A DNA stretch of 61,670 nt, counting the filler, from an uncultured Methanosarcinales archaeon (GTDB lineage: Archaea > Nanobdellota > Nanobdellia > Woesearchaeales > CAZPJY01), in assembly GCA_964587045.1 (NCBI GenBank). It is 3 parts of 3 records of this genome, joined end to end, with 100 filler letters (N's around TTAATTAATTAA, not from the genome) between each part and the next. Parts side by side here need not be neighbours in the genome. Positions count along the whole stretch, not along the records: positions 23,363 to 45,329 come from CAZPJY010000030.1; positions 45,430 to 61,670 come from CAZPJY010000033.1; 1 more part is not named here. One strand, given 5' to 3'. Shown here piece after piece: positions 37,305 through 47,348 of the stretch (position 1 is its first letter; each line of letters begins with the position of its first letter). The position numbers and the translations under genes were made by a program. A model generated the notes under the pieces. It saw only the letters and a program-made list of their open reading frames with translations, made no database searches and had not been told where the DNA came from.

Positions 37305-38645
37305 ATGATAGAGAACGACATGCCCAAGGGCGAAGAGGAGATCTTGAAGTACGTCAACGACAACAAGGTTTATTTCATAAACCTCCAGTTCTCAGACATA
37401 ATGGGCAGGCCCAAGAACGTCACCATACCCTACCACAGGCTCGAGGACTCCTTCTCGAAGGGGACCTGGTTCGATGGCTCCTCAATAGAGGGCTTTACCC
37501 GCATCCACGAGAGCGACCAGTACCTCAAGCCTGACCCGAACACCTTTGCGGTGATCCCGTGGTTTGATGGCGACCTGAAGTCTTGCAGGCTGATCTGTGA
37601 CGTTTACACTCCCGACGGCAAGCCCTTCAAGGGCGATCCGAGGTACATCTTGAAGGAGACCATCAGCAGGGCGAACAGGATGGGATATGAGCCGAAGGCC
37701 GCGCCCGAGCTCGAGTTCTTCCTGTTTTCCAAGAAGAACATGCACATCGAGCCTCTCCCCCACGACAGGGGCAACTACTTCGACCTCGTCATGGATCTTG
37801 CGTATGATGTCAGGAAGGACATGATGATAAGCCTCGAGAAGATGCTCATGAAGGTCGAGGCGTCCCACCATGAGGTCGGTCCTGGCCAGCACGAGATAGA
37901 CTTCTCGTACGACGGCACGCTGACTACCGCAGACAACGCCATGACATTCAAGTACACCCTGAAAGCCATCGGGGCCAAGCACAACCTCCACGTGAGCTTC
38001 ATGCCCAAACCATTGGAGGGACAGAACGGCAGCGGCATGCACGTCCACCAGAGCCTCTTCAGGGACGGAAAGAACGCTTTCTACTCCGCAGACGACAGGT
38101 ACGGGCTGTCAGAGGCCGCCTACCACTTCATCAACGGCCAGCTTGAGCACATTAACGAGCTCGTCGCGATAACCAACCCGACTGTCAACTCCTACAAGCG
38201 CCTGGTCCCAGGGTACGAGGCTGCCACTTACGTGACATGGGCGCGCATCAACAGGTCGGCTCTGATAAGGATACCTCAGTCGAAGGGCGAGTCTGGAGCA
38301 AGAGCAGAGATACGCTGCCCTGACCCGAGCGCCAACCCGTACCTCGCCTTCGCGGCCCTGCTCGCTGCAGGACTTTCAGGCATCGAGGAAGGGAAGATGC
38401 CTCCCGCACCGGTCGAGGAGGACGTGTTCGAGTACAGCGACGAGATGCTGAAGGAGAAGGGCATAGGCACCCTGCCCCATTCCCTGTGGCAGGCGCTCAA
38501 GTACATGAGGAGGAGCGAGCTTGCCAAAGGACTGCTCGGAGAGCACACGTTCGAGCGCTACCTGGAGGGCAAGACCAAGGAGTGGGACTCTTACAGGACT
38601 GCGGTGACCGACTGGGAGATGAAGCACTACCTCGAGACAGTGTAG
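37305..38645 (+). CDS. glnA: glutamine synthetase type I
   Basis: FDGSSIEGF, PELEFFLF, HHEV.PGQHEI, FMPKP..GQNGSGMHVHQSL, NSYKRLVPGYEA, NRSALIRIP, EIRCPD. Confidence 0.96.
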   Translation: MIENDMPKGEEEILKYVNDNKVYFINLQFSDIMGRPKNVTIPYHRLEDSFSKGTWFDGSSIEGFTRIHESDQYLKPDPNTFAVIPWFDGDLKSCRLICDVYTPDGKPFKGDPRYILKETISRANRMGYEPKAAPELEFFLFSKKNMHIEPLPHDRGNYFDLVMDLAYDVRKDMMISLEKMLMKVEASHHEVGPGQHEIDFSYDGTLTTADNAMTFKYTLKAIGAKHNLHVSFMPKPLEGQNGSGMHVHQSLFRDGKNAFYSADDRYGLSEAAYHFINGQLEHINELVAITNPTVNSYKRLVPGYEAATYVTWARINRSALIRIPQSKGESGARAEIRCPDPSANPYLAFAALLAAGLSGIEEGKMPPAPVEEDVFEYSDEMLKEKGIGTLPHSLWQALKYMRRSELAKGLLGEHTFERYLEGKTKEWDSYRTAVTDWEMKHYLETV

Positions 38646-39265
38646 CGGGAGTCGATCAGCCTCTCGAGATTAAGGCGCGCCCTGCCCTCGCACTTCTCCT
38701 TGAAATGGCGGGTGAGATATATCTCCCCTCCGAGAAAACGCCTGAGTACCTCCCCCCGTGACTTGGTGTAATATGGCATACCCTTCCTGTTGATCAGCTG
38801 GATGTGCTCCCAATAGATCCTGTTGTCGTACAGGATGAACTCCTCCCAAGGCGATCCGAGGATGGTGAGGTCAACATCCTTTATCAAGCGTTCGTCATCG
38901 TCTGTCGGGGAGAACGTATGGCTCGTTGCGAGCACGAGTCGCTCGGACCGATCGGCAAACTGCGGTGGGAGGGACAGCTGCAGGGCGCGGCTGTATGCGA
39001 GCCTTGCGCTTGCCTCGACATTGTCGGGCTTGCCAATGTCATATGTAGCGTCGTGGAACCACAACGCAAACTCGACCTCCAAAGGATGGTTTGCCAGTTT
39101 TTTGACTTCGGCGAATTCTTTTAGGCAGTGTTCGATGTGTTTGATGGTATGGTACTTCCTGTGGCTTTCATTGTAGCGGCAGAAAATATCTTCGAATATC
39201 TCCTGAACCTGGCCCTTTGCGCCCAGGTCCTCACACAGCCTGAGCCAGTCGAGTGCGATGGTCAT
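38627..39265 (-). CDS. HD-superfamily metal-dependent phosphohydrolase (COG4339-like)
   Basis: Y.E.HRKYHT..HI, LWFHDA.Y, DVDLTILG, ARLNL; overlaps the coaD stop. Confidence 0.8.
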   Translation of the reverse strand: MTIALDWLRLCEDLGAKGQVQEIFEDIFCRYNESHRKYHTIKHIEHCLKEFAEVKKLANHPLEVEFALWFHDATYDIGKPDNVEASARLAYSRALQLSLPPQFADRSERLVLATSHTFSPTDDDERLIKDVDLTILGSPWEEFILYDNRIYWEHIQLINRKGMPYYTKSRGEVLRRFLGGEIYLTRHFKEKCEGRARLNLERLIDSRYTVSR

Positions 39266-39756
39266 CCGTACTTCTCCAGGATCTTCTCATAGACCGGTCT
39301 TGGCACCAGCCTCCTTACCCGCTCCTGCCAGTTTTCGAACTGTACCAGCTCCCTGACCACGCTCGAGCTGACCCTTCCAAGTATGTATGGCGGCATCAGG
39401 TATACTGAGATGATGTTTGGGTTGAGGAACTCCTTGTTGACGAAGTTCATGCCCTCCTCGAACCCGTAGTCGTCTTTGGATCTTATGCCCCTGAGGATGT
39501 ATTTTGCGCCCACCCTGGCTGCAAAGTCGACCAGGAGGCTGCGGTTCGATGAGCTCACTGAGACATTGGGGAAGCGCTCTGTGATCTCTTCGAGCATGTC
39601 CATCCTCTCCTCGAGGGTGAAGTTGGTATCCTTCTTGCTGTTGATGCTGACGCTGACCACCAGGTGGTCGAACAGTTGGCTGCCCTGCTTAATCATCCAC
39701 ATGTGGCCGTTGGTCGCGGGGTCAAAGCTCCCCGGGTATATGGCTATCCGTTCCAT
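39262..39756 (-). CDS. coaD: pantetheine-phosphate adenylyltransferase, bacterial type
   Basis: AIYPGSFDPATNGH, FTLEERM.M, LLVDF, RGIRS..DY..E, VSSS.VREL. Confidence 0.88.
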   Translation of the reverse strand: MERIAIYPGSFDPATNGHMWMIKQGSQLFDHLVVSVSINSKKDTNFTLEERMDMLEEITERFPNVSVSSSNRSLLVDFAARVGAKYILRGIRSKDDYGFEEGMNFVNKEFLNPNIISVYLMPPYILGRVSSSVVRELVQFENWQERVRRLVPRPVYEKILEKYG

Positions 39757-39796
39757 GCGGTAGAGTCATCTCAGCCTTTATTTAAGCGTGATGTAT

Positions 39797-40285
39797 TTAG
39801 GGTTTCTGGGGCTCAAGGTCAGGACATGTCAGGGGGATTTTATGGGTGTTTTTGTAGATGTCAAGCAGTGTGGAGACATGGATTTCCTTCTCAATGCCCT
39901 CAATGACCCTGAGTTTGGTGTTGATGAACATCCACAGGGCGCGCTCGCTAGGCATGATGACTTTCAAAATGAAATCATGGCTACCCGATGACGTGCCGAC
40001 AATCTGTACTTCCTCATACTGAGTAAGTTGCTGAGCAATGCTTTTCATCCGCAGCGGTGCGACATTTATTCCGATATATGAAATGGCAGGGCATCCAATC
40101 TTTTCAGGGTTCACAATTGCCATGAAGCGTTCGATGATGCCCTTTGCCATAAGGCGTTTGATCCTGAAGTGGACTGTGCTCGGTGCTATTTTGATTTTCT
40201 TTGCAAGTTGGTGATATGGCGTTTGCCCATCCTCCTGGAGGAGGATCAGCAGCTTTTTATCGATTGGGTCAAGCATGAACATCAC
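39797..40285 (-). CDS. Lrp/AsnC family regulator
   Basis: LDPIDKKLL..LQEDG...Y..LAKKI...STV..RIKRL...GII; SGSHDF. Confidence 0.9.
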   Translation of the reverse strand: MMFMLDPIDKKLLILLQEDGQTPYHQLAKKIKIAPSTVHFRIKRLMAKGIIERFMAIVNPEKIGCPAISYIGINVAPLRMKSIAQQLTQYEEVQIVGTSSGSHDFILKVIMPSERALWMFINTKLRVIEGIEKEIHVSTLLDIYKNTHKIPLTCPDLEPQKP

Positions 40286-40472
40286 CTTGTATTTTTTCCA
40301 TTTATCTTATATATTATTTGAATATTATTTAAACTTTTTGTAAAATTATCAATTTTTTATTTAAATTTCAATAAATAATTGAATTTTTTTCGAAATATTA
40401 TTATCCTATAAAATCAAACTATACTATGGATATGGGCTAAAAGGTTGGAAAATATTTCCTGCCTATTGTGAG

Positions 40473-40901
40473 GTGGAAAACATGGATTCAGGCACTTTGC
40501 TCGGCGGAACACTTGAGGAAAGGATTGGACCAGCTCAGTCACAGAGTAGTGCCCAGCTCAAGAAGCTTGTCAATAATGTAGGCACAGGATTGTGTGGGAC
40601 TGGTTACGTTCTGGTACTGACAGCTATGTGTCCTCCAGCTGGACTGTACATGATGTACCAGTGCGCAAAACAAGGATACAACATGATAACCAATCATCGG
40701 CAATAGAATATGAGAGATGTGCTGGTAGCTGACCTGAAGGAAGTCGGAAACGTTTTTCTGGATACATATTCCCTTCCCTCTATGCCTGGATGAGGTTCAT
40801 ACGGCTTTAAGGCATTGCTTCCTGAGCTTTCGGATTTACCGCCTGATGCCCCTGCCCAAAGACCTTTGCCTGATATAATGCCTCAAGAAACCGCTCCCTA
40901 A
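40473..40901 (+). pseudogene. possible disrupted orphan gene (77-aa ORF whose frame continues past two stops)
   Basis: The frame from 40473 continues after TAG (40704) and one TGA with protein-like text to TAA at 40899-40901. Confidence 0.3.
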
Positions 40902-41091
40902 CAGGCATCCCTTCCATCCTAATTATCGGGGATAAATGTTGTTACAATAATCGGACCGCCATGCCTAACTGAACCATAGTCTCGCCGTGGCCCTTGAGCA
41001 AAAGCTTGGTACCTCATTAGTCATTCAACGCCATTGGTATCTTCTGAGTGGTGAAACACATTTATTAACTTTAATCATCAATGAAACGCTC

Positions 41092-42258
41092 ATGTACGAG
41101 GGGATTCTGAAGCATGTAGACCGCAACTGGCAGAGATTCACCTTCAGGGTCAAGCGCGATCAGGGTGTGCGGATACGGCTGCCCAACGCTTTCGTTGCGC
41201 CAAACGACACCTACTTTGCCCGGGACCAGTATTACTGGGATTCCTACTTCATAATCCTAGGGCTGCTGGACTCAGGAAGGATCCAGCGCGCCAAAGGAAT
41301 CGTTGAGAACTTTGCATACCTCATCAAACGCTTCGGTATGGTCCCCTTGAGCAACAGGATGTACAACACGGGACTCTCCCAGCTGCCCTTCCTGACATCA
41401 ATGATTGAGGAGGTATACAACGCGACGAGAAACCGGTACTGGCTTTCCAGGATGGCGAGATCCGCGACCATCGAGCTCAACCAGTACTGGATGGACCGCG
41501 GAAAGGAGCTTTTCGACTACCAGCAACATCTCGTCTACAAAGGGCTCTCCCGCTACCACGACCACTTCGGAATCCATCTAACTGCCGAGCATGAGTCCGG
41601 ATGGGACATGACGTCCAGGTTCGGCGAAATGTGCCTAAACTACGTGCCAGTCGACCTCAACTCCAACCTGTACAAGTACGAGAAAGACCTTTCCAGATTC
41701 TTCCGGATGACTGACAGCAGAAAGGCGAAGGACTACGAGAAGCGCGCCGAGGAGAGGAAGAAGACCATGCGCATCATGTGGGACTCTGAAGAAGGGTTCT
41801 TCTTCGACTACGACTACAAGAACATGAGGAGATCGAAATTCCTATCCCTTGCAGGTTACTACCCCCTGTGGGCAGGGCTTGCATCCAAGAAGCAGGCCAA
41901 GGAGGCAAGGGACAACCTTCACCGGTTCGAATACGGTGGGGGTCTTGCAAACACGCAGGAGAGCGGCCTATCCAAGGAGTTTAGGCAGTGGGACTACCCA
42001 AACGGGTGGCCAGGCCAGCAGTGGATCGTCGTCAAAGGCCTCCTCAACTACGGCTATAAGGAGGACGCCTTAAGGATAGCTAGGAAGTGGCTTGCGATGA
42101 ACTCGCGCGTCTTCGAGCTGACCGGCCAGATGTGGGAGAAGTACGATGTGGTCAGGCTCACCAAGGGAAAGGACGGACGCTACCCGACGATGCCAGGATT
42201 CGGCTGGACCTTCGGCGTCTTCGTGCGCATGTGGAACACTTTTAAGGAAAACTTATAA
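41092..42258 (+). CDS. alpha,alpha-trehalase, glycoside hydrolase family 37
   Basis: YYWDSYF, ESGWD.TSRF, PVDLNS, QWDYPNGW, EKYDV, GFGWT; probable start MYEGIL; no signal peptide. Confidence 0.9.
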   Translation: MYEGILKHVDRNWQRFTFRVKRDQGVRIRLPNAFVAPNDTYFARDQYYWDSYFIILGLLDSGRIQRAKGIVENFAYLIKRFGMVPLSNRMYNTGLSQLPFLTSMIEEVYNATRNRYWLSRMARSATIELNQYWMDRGKELFDYQQHLVYKGLSRYHDHFGIHLTAEHESGWDMTSRFGEMCLNYVPVDLNSNLYKYEKDLSRFFRMTDSRKAKDYEKRAEERKKTMRIMWDSEEGFFFDYDYKNMRRSKFLSLAGYYPLWAGLASKKQAKEARDNLHRFEYGGGLANTQESGLSKEFRQWDYPNGWPGQQWIVVKGLLNYGYKEDALRIARKWLAMNSRVFELTGQMWEKYDVVRLTKGKDGRYPTMPGFGWTFGVFVRMWNTFKENL

Positions 42259-42296
42259 ACATCAGAGCTCAATAATTCTACAAAAGAGGTGGTGGA

Positions 42297-43979
42297 GTGG
42301 AAGAACATGACCTCACTCTGCGCATCCTGGTAAACCACATCCAAAAAGGGCTCTCACAGGGGCACTCCATCGGTAACATCAAGAAGCTGCTCCTCGACAT
42401 GGGCTACGCCAAGGAACGCATTGAAGAGGCCTTCAAGCTCATCAAAGAGGAGGATTCCGACCTGCACAAGGATGTCAGGCGGCGCTCGTTCCAGGTGACA
42501 GTGGAGCGCCTGCTCCTCGCCTTCCTGATAGTCGTCGCAGTTCTGGACTACCTCAAATTCCTGCCTGGCGACATCGAGGTCCTCGAGCACATCCTCGACT
42601 GGACGGCGATATGCTACATTTTCTACAGGGCCAGCTTTTCCAGGATACTATTTGGCAAGAGGAGCAGGGCCATCGACCTGGCATTGCTGTTCTCATTCCT
42701 TTTGGTCCAGGCAAAGACCATAATCCAGCTTGCCGTGACCATCGTCGAGGAGGTCACATTATCCAAGGGTCTCTTCGAGCTTATCATAAGCTCCCGCAAC
42801 CTGCTCAACTTCGGAAGCTTCGCCCTTGGAACCCTCGCACTACTGTTGTTTGCGATAGTCATCTCCTTTAGGGTCAGCTTCATCCAACCAAGCCTCCTGG
42901 CCGCCCTGCACGAAAACGAGAGGCCCAAGACAGTCATCGGCGGGATATTCAGGGGATTCGTCGTCTTCTGGGTCTTCCTGACCTTCTACATGCTCATCTT
43001 CAACCCCATAATGGAGTGGATTGGGCTGACTGTGCACTCGCCCCTGGTCATAATAGGTGTCTTCTACTACTTCATGTACGCAAAGAGGCTGAAATCGGGG
43101 AACATCGTATACAAGGCTGCGGCTTTCGGCGAGGAGTTCCTGGAAAAGTTCATATCCCTCTTCCACTACAGAAAGACCATCTTCCTCGGGCTCTTCGGGC
43201 TGCTAGGCCTGCACCTCCTGGTGGACGTGAGCACCTTCGTGCTGCCTTACCTATTCGGCAACATTGGGGGCATCTACTTCACAGAGGGAAGCCTCGATAT
43301 CGCTACCCACTACCCTCTTTACAAGCTGTTCCTCACCCAGATAGGGCCGTGGTACACCATACCCCTCTACCTCTGGGTCTACCTGGGAAACCTCCTGATG
43401 ATTATCTTCTCATTCGTCATGCCAGCCTACATCTGGAGGGACATATATACTCGGGAGCAGCACCACATCCCGAGGTGGGTCATAGTCGTTTACTACTTCG
43501 CCTTCGTCTGCTTCATGATGACACCCATATTCGTGATCACGCCGATTGACTCGCCGGAGCTGCAGGGTATCGCCGGTGTTGACATCATGACAACGACTGC
43601 GAACGGCAACCTGCCGGTGGTCATCGCAGCGTCAGCGCTAGCCCTGGCTCTCGCATTCATCCTCTCGAGCACCCCCCTCCTGCGCCGAATCCTGATAGGG
43701 TTCTCAGTGCTGTCGTCCCTGTCCCTCGTGGGGTACTACATATACAGCTTCACAATCTCAGACACCAGATTCTTCCTCTCGACCCTGAGCCCCGGGACCA
43801 GGATGCATCTTGTAAGCATATTTCATCCCAACCTGCTAGGCACGGTTCTGTTCGACGCGGCCAACTACTTCACGAGTGTGGTCCTGAGCATGATGATGGT
43901 CATAACGGTCGCCTTCTACACCGGAAGCTTCTTGATCTTCATCTGGAACATATTCAAGGAATTCAGGAAGGAGGCTTAG
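42297..43979 (+). CDS. polytopic membrane protein of unknown function
   Basis: About 12-13 hydrophobic segments after a soluble N-terminal helical domain. Confidence 0.8.
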   Translation: MEEHDLTLRILVNHIQKGLSQGHSIGNIKKLLLDMGYAKERIEEAFKLIKEEDSDLHKDVRRRSFQVTVERLLLAFLIVVAVLDYLKFLPGDIEVLEHILDWTAICYIFYRASFSRILFGKRSRAIDLALLFSFLLVQAKTIIQLAVTIVEEVTLSKGLFELIISSRNLLNFGSFALGTLALLLFAIVISFRVSFIQPSLLAALHENERPKTVIGGIFRGFVVFWVFLTFYMLIFNPIMEWIGLTVHSPLVIIGVFYYFMYAKRLKSGNIVYKAAAFGEEFLEKFISLFHYRKTIFLGLFGLLGLHLLVDVSTFVLPYLFGNIGGIYFTEGSLDIATHYPLYKLFLTQIGPWYTIPLYLWVYLGNLLMIIFSFVMPAYIWRDIYTREQHHIPRWVIVVYYFAFVCFMMTPIFVITPIDSPELQGIAGVDIMTTTANGNLPVVIAASALALALAFILSSTPLLRRILIGFSVLSSLSLVGYYIYSFTISDTRFFLSTLSPGTRMHLVSIFHPNLLGTVLFDAANYFTSVVLSMMMVITVAFYTGSFLIFIWNIFKEFRKEA

Positions 43980-45329
43980 GCCTGCTAAGGCTTATGAGGT
44001 GCAGGAAGGTCTCATGCTTGTCGTATCCCAGCTTCTCCAGCTTGTCGACTATATCCTCCATGCTCATCCTGTGCTTCAGGGACAGGTAGGTCCATCCAAC
44101 AGCCCTGACATCTGTCTCGCTCATGGTCTGGACCACCTCGTGCTCCTCATGCTGGACCTCCTTTTCCTCATCCGAGATCTCCTTTTCCATCTCCTTGATC
44201 TCCTTTTCCTCCTCCACCACGGTTTCCAGCTCGCTTGCGAGAGTCTTGAGCCTGAGGTTGTTGTACTGCAGCTTGACCCACGGAAGCGGGTTGAACCCTC
44301 TGGAGAGGGCGACCTCGTATGTCCTCTTGGCCATCATGGCCTGCCACACCTTCTCCTTGAGTTCCTGCTCGTTTGACTTCTCGAGCTGCTCCTCCTGCTC
44401 CAGGTACCTCTCCTCAATCTCTAGCTGTTGTTCCTTGTTTGCCAGGCCTTTTAGGTCCTTGAAGCTCGTCACAATAGCGCCGAAGCGGTTGAAGTAGAGG
44501 AAGGTCATGACTATGAGGGGTATTATGAGCAGGGGCAGGAGGCTTTGGCTCAGGTGGGTCAGCATCGGCTGCGGGCTCTCGAGGTAGGATTTGAGGTAGC
44601 CAGCCTCAATCTGATCTGCGATGGCGAGGCTCTCAAGGAGCTTCAGGCAGTCCTCCAGCACCTGCTTGTCGATCTTGTAGGACAGGTCTATTGGCTTGTC
44701 GACCTCCGCGAAGTACCACATGATGAGGGGGTCCTCCTCGACGACCGTGAAGTTGGGGTTGTTGAACTCCATCCCTGGAGGGATGATTCCCTGCTGCATG
44801 AGGATGGCGATGCATTTGGGTATGTTTTCGTAGATTGTAACGTTCCTCATCTTCTTCTTCGGGATGATTGTCAGGTTGATCACGGTCTTGTTGTCCTCAT
44901 CGTAGCTGTAGGAGCGGTTGATGATGATGTTCTTCTTGGTCTCCTCTATCTTCCTGATGAGGTCACCTGCCTTCTTCGCGCTTTCCTTTTCCTCATCGGT
45001 CGCGTTCAGCTCGTCGATGTGGAAGCGGTTACTGCCTCCCCCTCCTCCTTCTGAGAAGATATCCTTGATGACATCTTTTTCTTCCTCGTCTGGCACCACA
45101 TCATCAGGAGGCAGTTCCTCGCCTGTCTCGTTTATCGGCTCCTCATCAGTCTCGTTTATCGGTTGGGTCTCGTTGATGGGCTCTTCGACTGTCTCGTTTA
45201 TCGGTTGGGTCTCGTTGATGGGCTCTTCGACTGTCTCGTTTATCGGTTGGGTCTCGTTGATGGGCTCTTCGACTGTCTCGTTTATCGGTTGGGTCTCGTT
45301 GATGGGCTCTTCGACTGTCTCGTTTATCG
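43963..45329 (-). CDS. C-terminal part of a large membrane-anchored surface protein (5' end lost at contig end)
   Basis: Frame is open to the spacer; PINET repeats, a beta domain (V.IYENIPK...VVEEDPLIMW), one TM helix, cytoplasmic coiled coil. Confidence 0.75.
45149..45329 (-). repeat. in-frame 42-nt tandem repeat encoding PINETVEEPINETQ, at least 4.3 units
   Basis: Units start at 45149, 45191, 45233, 45275 and 45317; the array runs into the contig end. Confidence 0.95.
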
Positions 45330-45429
45330 NNNNNNNNNNNNNNNNNNNNNNNNNNNNNNNNNNNNNNNNNNNNTTAATTAATTAANNNNNNNNNNNNNNN
45401 NNNNNNNNNNNNNNNNNNNNNNNNNNNNN
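45330..45429. other. artificial contig-joining spacer
   Basis: 44 N + TTAATTAATTAA + 44 N, identical in design to 23263-23362. Confidence 0.98.
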
Positions 45430-46495
45430 ACGACGCCGGGCCCTGTTCGCCGCCCGCTCGGCGGAAAAGACAGGTCTCCTGCATTCTTGAAGTTGAGTTG
45501 AGTCTCTTGATAGCTTTGTCGAACGATCTTGCAATTAATCCCTTTATTATGGGACCACAGGTATTTTTGATGAGCTCTTCAGCGTAAGGCTTCTCAAGTT
45601 CTGAGAGGTCAAGGTTCGCCATGAGGCAATCCACCCGTTTTTCAGGAGGCCGGCTCAAACACTGACTGAGGTAAGGAAGGTAAATATCGCTGTTCAGCGC
45701 CCTCACGAGATTCAGTTCGATGCCCTCAGGCGGCGTCAACCCGAACACAATGTTGGTATCGCCATCACTCCTTTTCCTCTCCTTTTTTGAGAGCGACCAT
45801 TCTGCAGTCCCCTTCTTCCTGAAGGGTCGAAACTGGTAAACCGCCATGGGCGCAAGCCCGAACTCCATCTGGTAAGTGTATCCTGTCTGGAAAGCCGGCA
45901 ATGACTCGATGGTTCTGTAGTGCTTGATCGCATAATCCAAATTCATGGGATGACCGACTCTCCTGTTTGGCTGCCCGGTGACATCATCCACATAATCGTC
46001 GATTTCAGTAAGAATGTCATCCTTTTCGGAGTAGACATAATTTTCAGTTGATATACCGCCGATCATCCTCCCCATGATGAATATCTCATCGCTATTGTGG
46101 GGGTGCCTGACCATGCTCCAATTCCAAGATGTTGGCGTCTTGAGCTGGAAGATCAATCCTATGTCATCTGAGAACTTGATGCCGTGTATCCGCATGTAGT
46201 CCATGACCTTCTTGCTCTTCGCCGAATCGAGCACAATCTCGACATCGTTTTCGTCATGGAACTCCTGCGTCTTGTACAGCCCTGCGAAGCTATGGGCTTC
46301 GTTGTCCTCAAATGGCGATGAGCTCCTGACCAGGCAGGGTGAAATGTCGTCAATCTCCTTTCTGTACCGCGTCCAGTCCTCGCCTACAGGGACCAGGATG
46401 AATCTTGGTATGGGCACACCCACATCTTGCTCTCTGATATATTTCAGGACAGCGCCCTTGGCTCCGTATCTCTTGATATCTCTCTCAAGGCTCAT
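45430..46495 (-). CDS. PEP-synthase/PPDK N-terminal (ATP-grasp)-like domain protein, 3' end lost at contig end
   Basis: GAKG..L...GVPIPRF, VRSSSPFED...SFAGLY.T, QMEFG...VYQFRP. Confidence 0.65.
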
Positions 46496-46581
46496 GCGTT
46501 CGGGGAGGAAATGCCTATTTATAAAGGTATTATGTGTAATGCCAAGTTTTTTATTTTCACCCTTCTAACAACAGAGGGGAG

Positions 46582-46797
46582 GTGAATATTGTGGCTGAAA
46601 AGATCGATCCAATAATGAACGGTTACGTCGCGATCGGAGCTTCGCTAGGGGGTATACTGCTCGTCATAATCGCACTATTCCTGATCTTCGCGCGTACACA
46701 AGTCGCGCTGGCAATTCCGATATCATGGGCAATTGTCGTTTTGGGAATTGTTGTTGCTGCCTTCGCTACCAAAGCCGTCAGCGTGAAGAGGAAATGA
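46582..46797 (+). CDS. small two-TM membrane protein
   Basis: Two hydrophobic helices and basic tail; ATGA coupling to the next gene; start uncertain. Confidence 0.6.
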   Translation: MNIVAEKIDPIMNGYVAIGASLGGILLVIIALFLIFARTQVALAIPISWAIVVLGIVVAAFATKAVSVKRK

Positions 46798-47348
46798 GGA
46801 AGAATCTGCATTTTATCAGCGACCTTATTTTATTCTTGGTCGCTTTCATATCTCTTACCCTTTTCAGGATTGACATCGTGGTATTGGTATTCTATCTAAT
46901 TATGTTTCCCTACCTGGTCCTGACCAGGAGGACAAATCTGCTGTACCACTTCCTGATCGCTACAGGAGTCGCCTTCATCTGGATTCTGATAGCAGGAAGC
47001 CATTACGGCTACAACCAAGAGACTATGTCAGTGTTTGGGACCACTATTTACCCCTTCTTCGCCTGGTCCCTGGGGTTGTTCGGCGCTTACCTACTGTTCC
47101 GTCCGATAAGGATGAGAGGATGGAATTTCGCCTTCCAGCTGCTGGTTTTCTTCTTCCTGTACGCAGGTGTCCTCCTGACCCTGGAGACCTTTGCGTTCCA
47201 AGTGTTTGACATCAGAAACATAGCAACAGGCATGTATCCAGGCCTGCCGGTGTGCGACTGCATCCACGCGCCCCGTTGGATGCAGTTTGTATACCTATTG
47301 ATGGGTCCGACTTATTACTCAATCTGCCATTTCCTCAAGCTAGACTGA
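46794..47348 (+). CDS. multi-pass membrane protein
   Basis: ATG at 46794 overlaps the previous stop; about 6 TM; YPGLPVCDCIHAP motif. Confidence 0.7.
   Translation: MRKNLHFISDLILFLVAFISLTLFRIDIVVLVFYLIMFPYLVLTRRTNLLYHFLIATGVAFIWILIAGSHYGYNQETMSVFGTTIYPFFAWSLGLFGAYLLFRPIRMRGWNFAFQLLVFFFLYAGVLLTLETFAFQVFDIRNIATGMYPGLPVCDCIHAPRWMQFVYLLMGPTYYSICHFLKLD

Noticed and set aside
40704..40793. Stop-codon reassignment as the explanation for in-frame TAG/TGA
   Set aside because: Conserved genes in the window end normally at TAG, TGA and TAA and have no internal stops.
45149..45329. 42-nt repeats as a CRISPR array
   Set aside because: No spacers; in-frame coding repeat.
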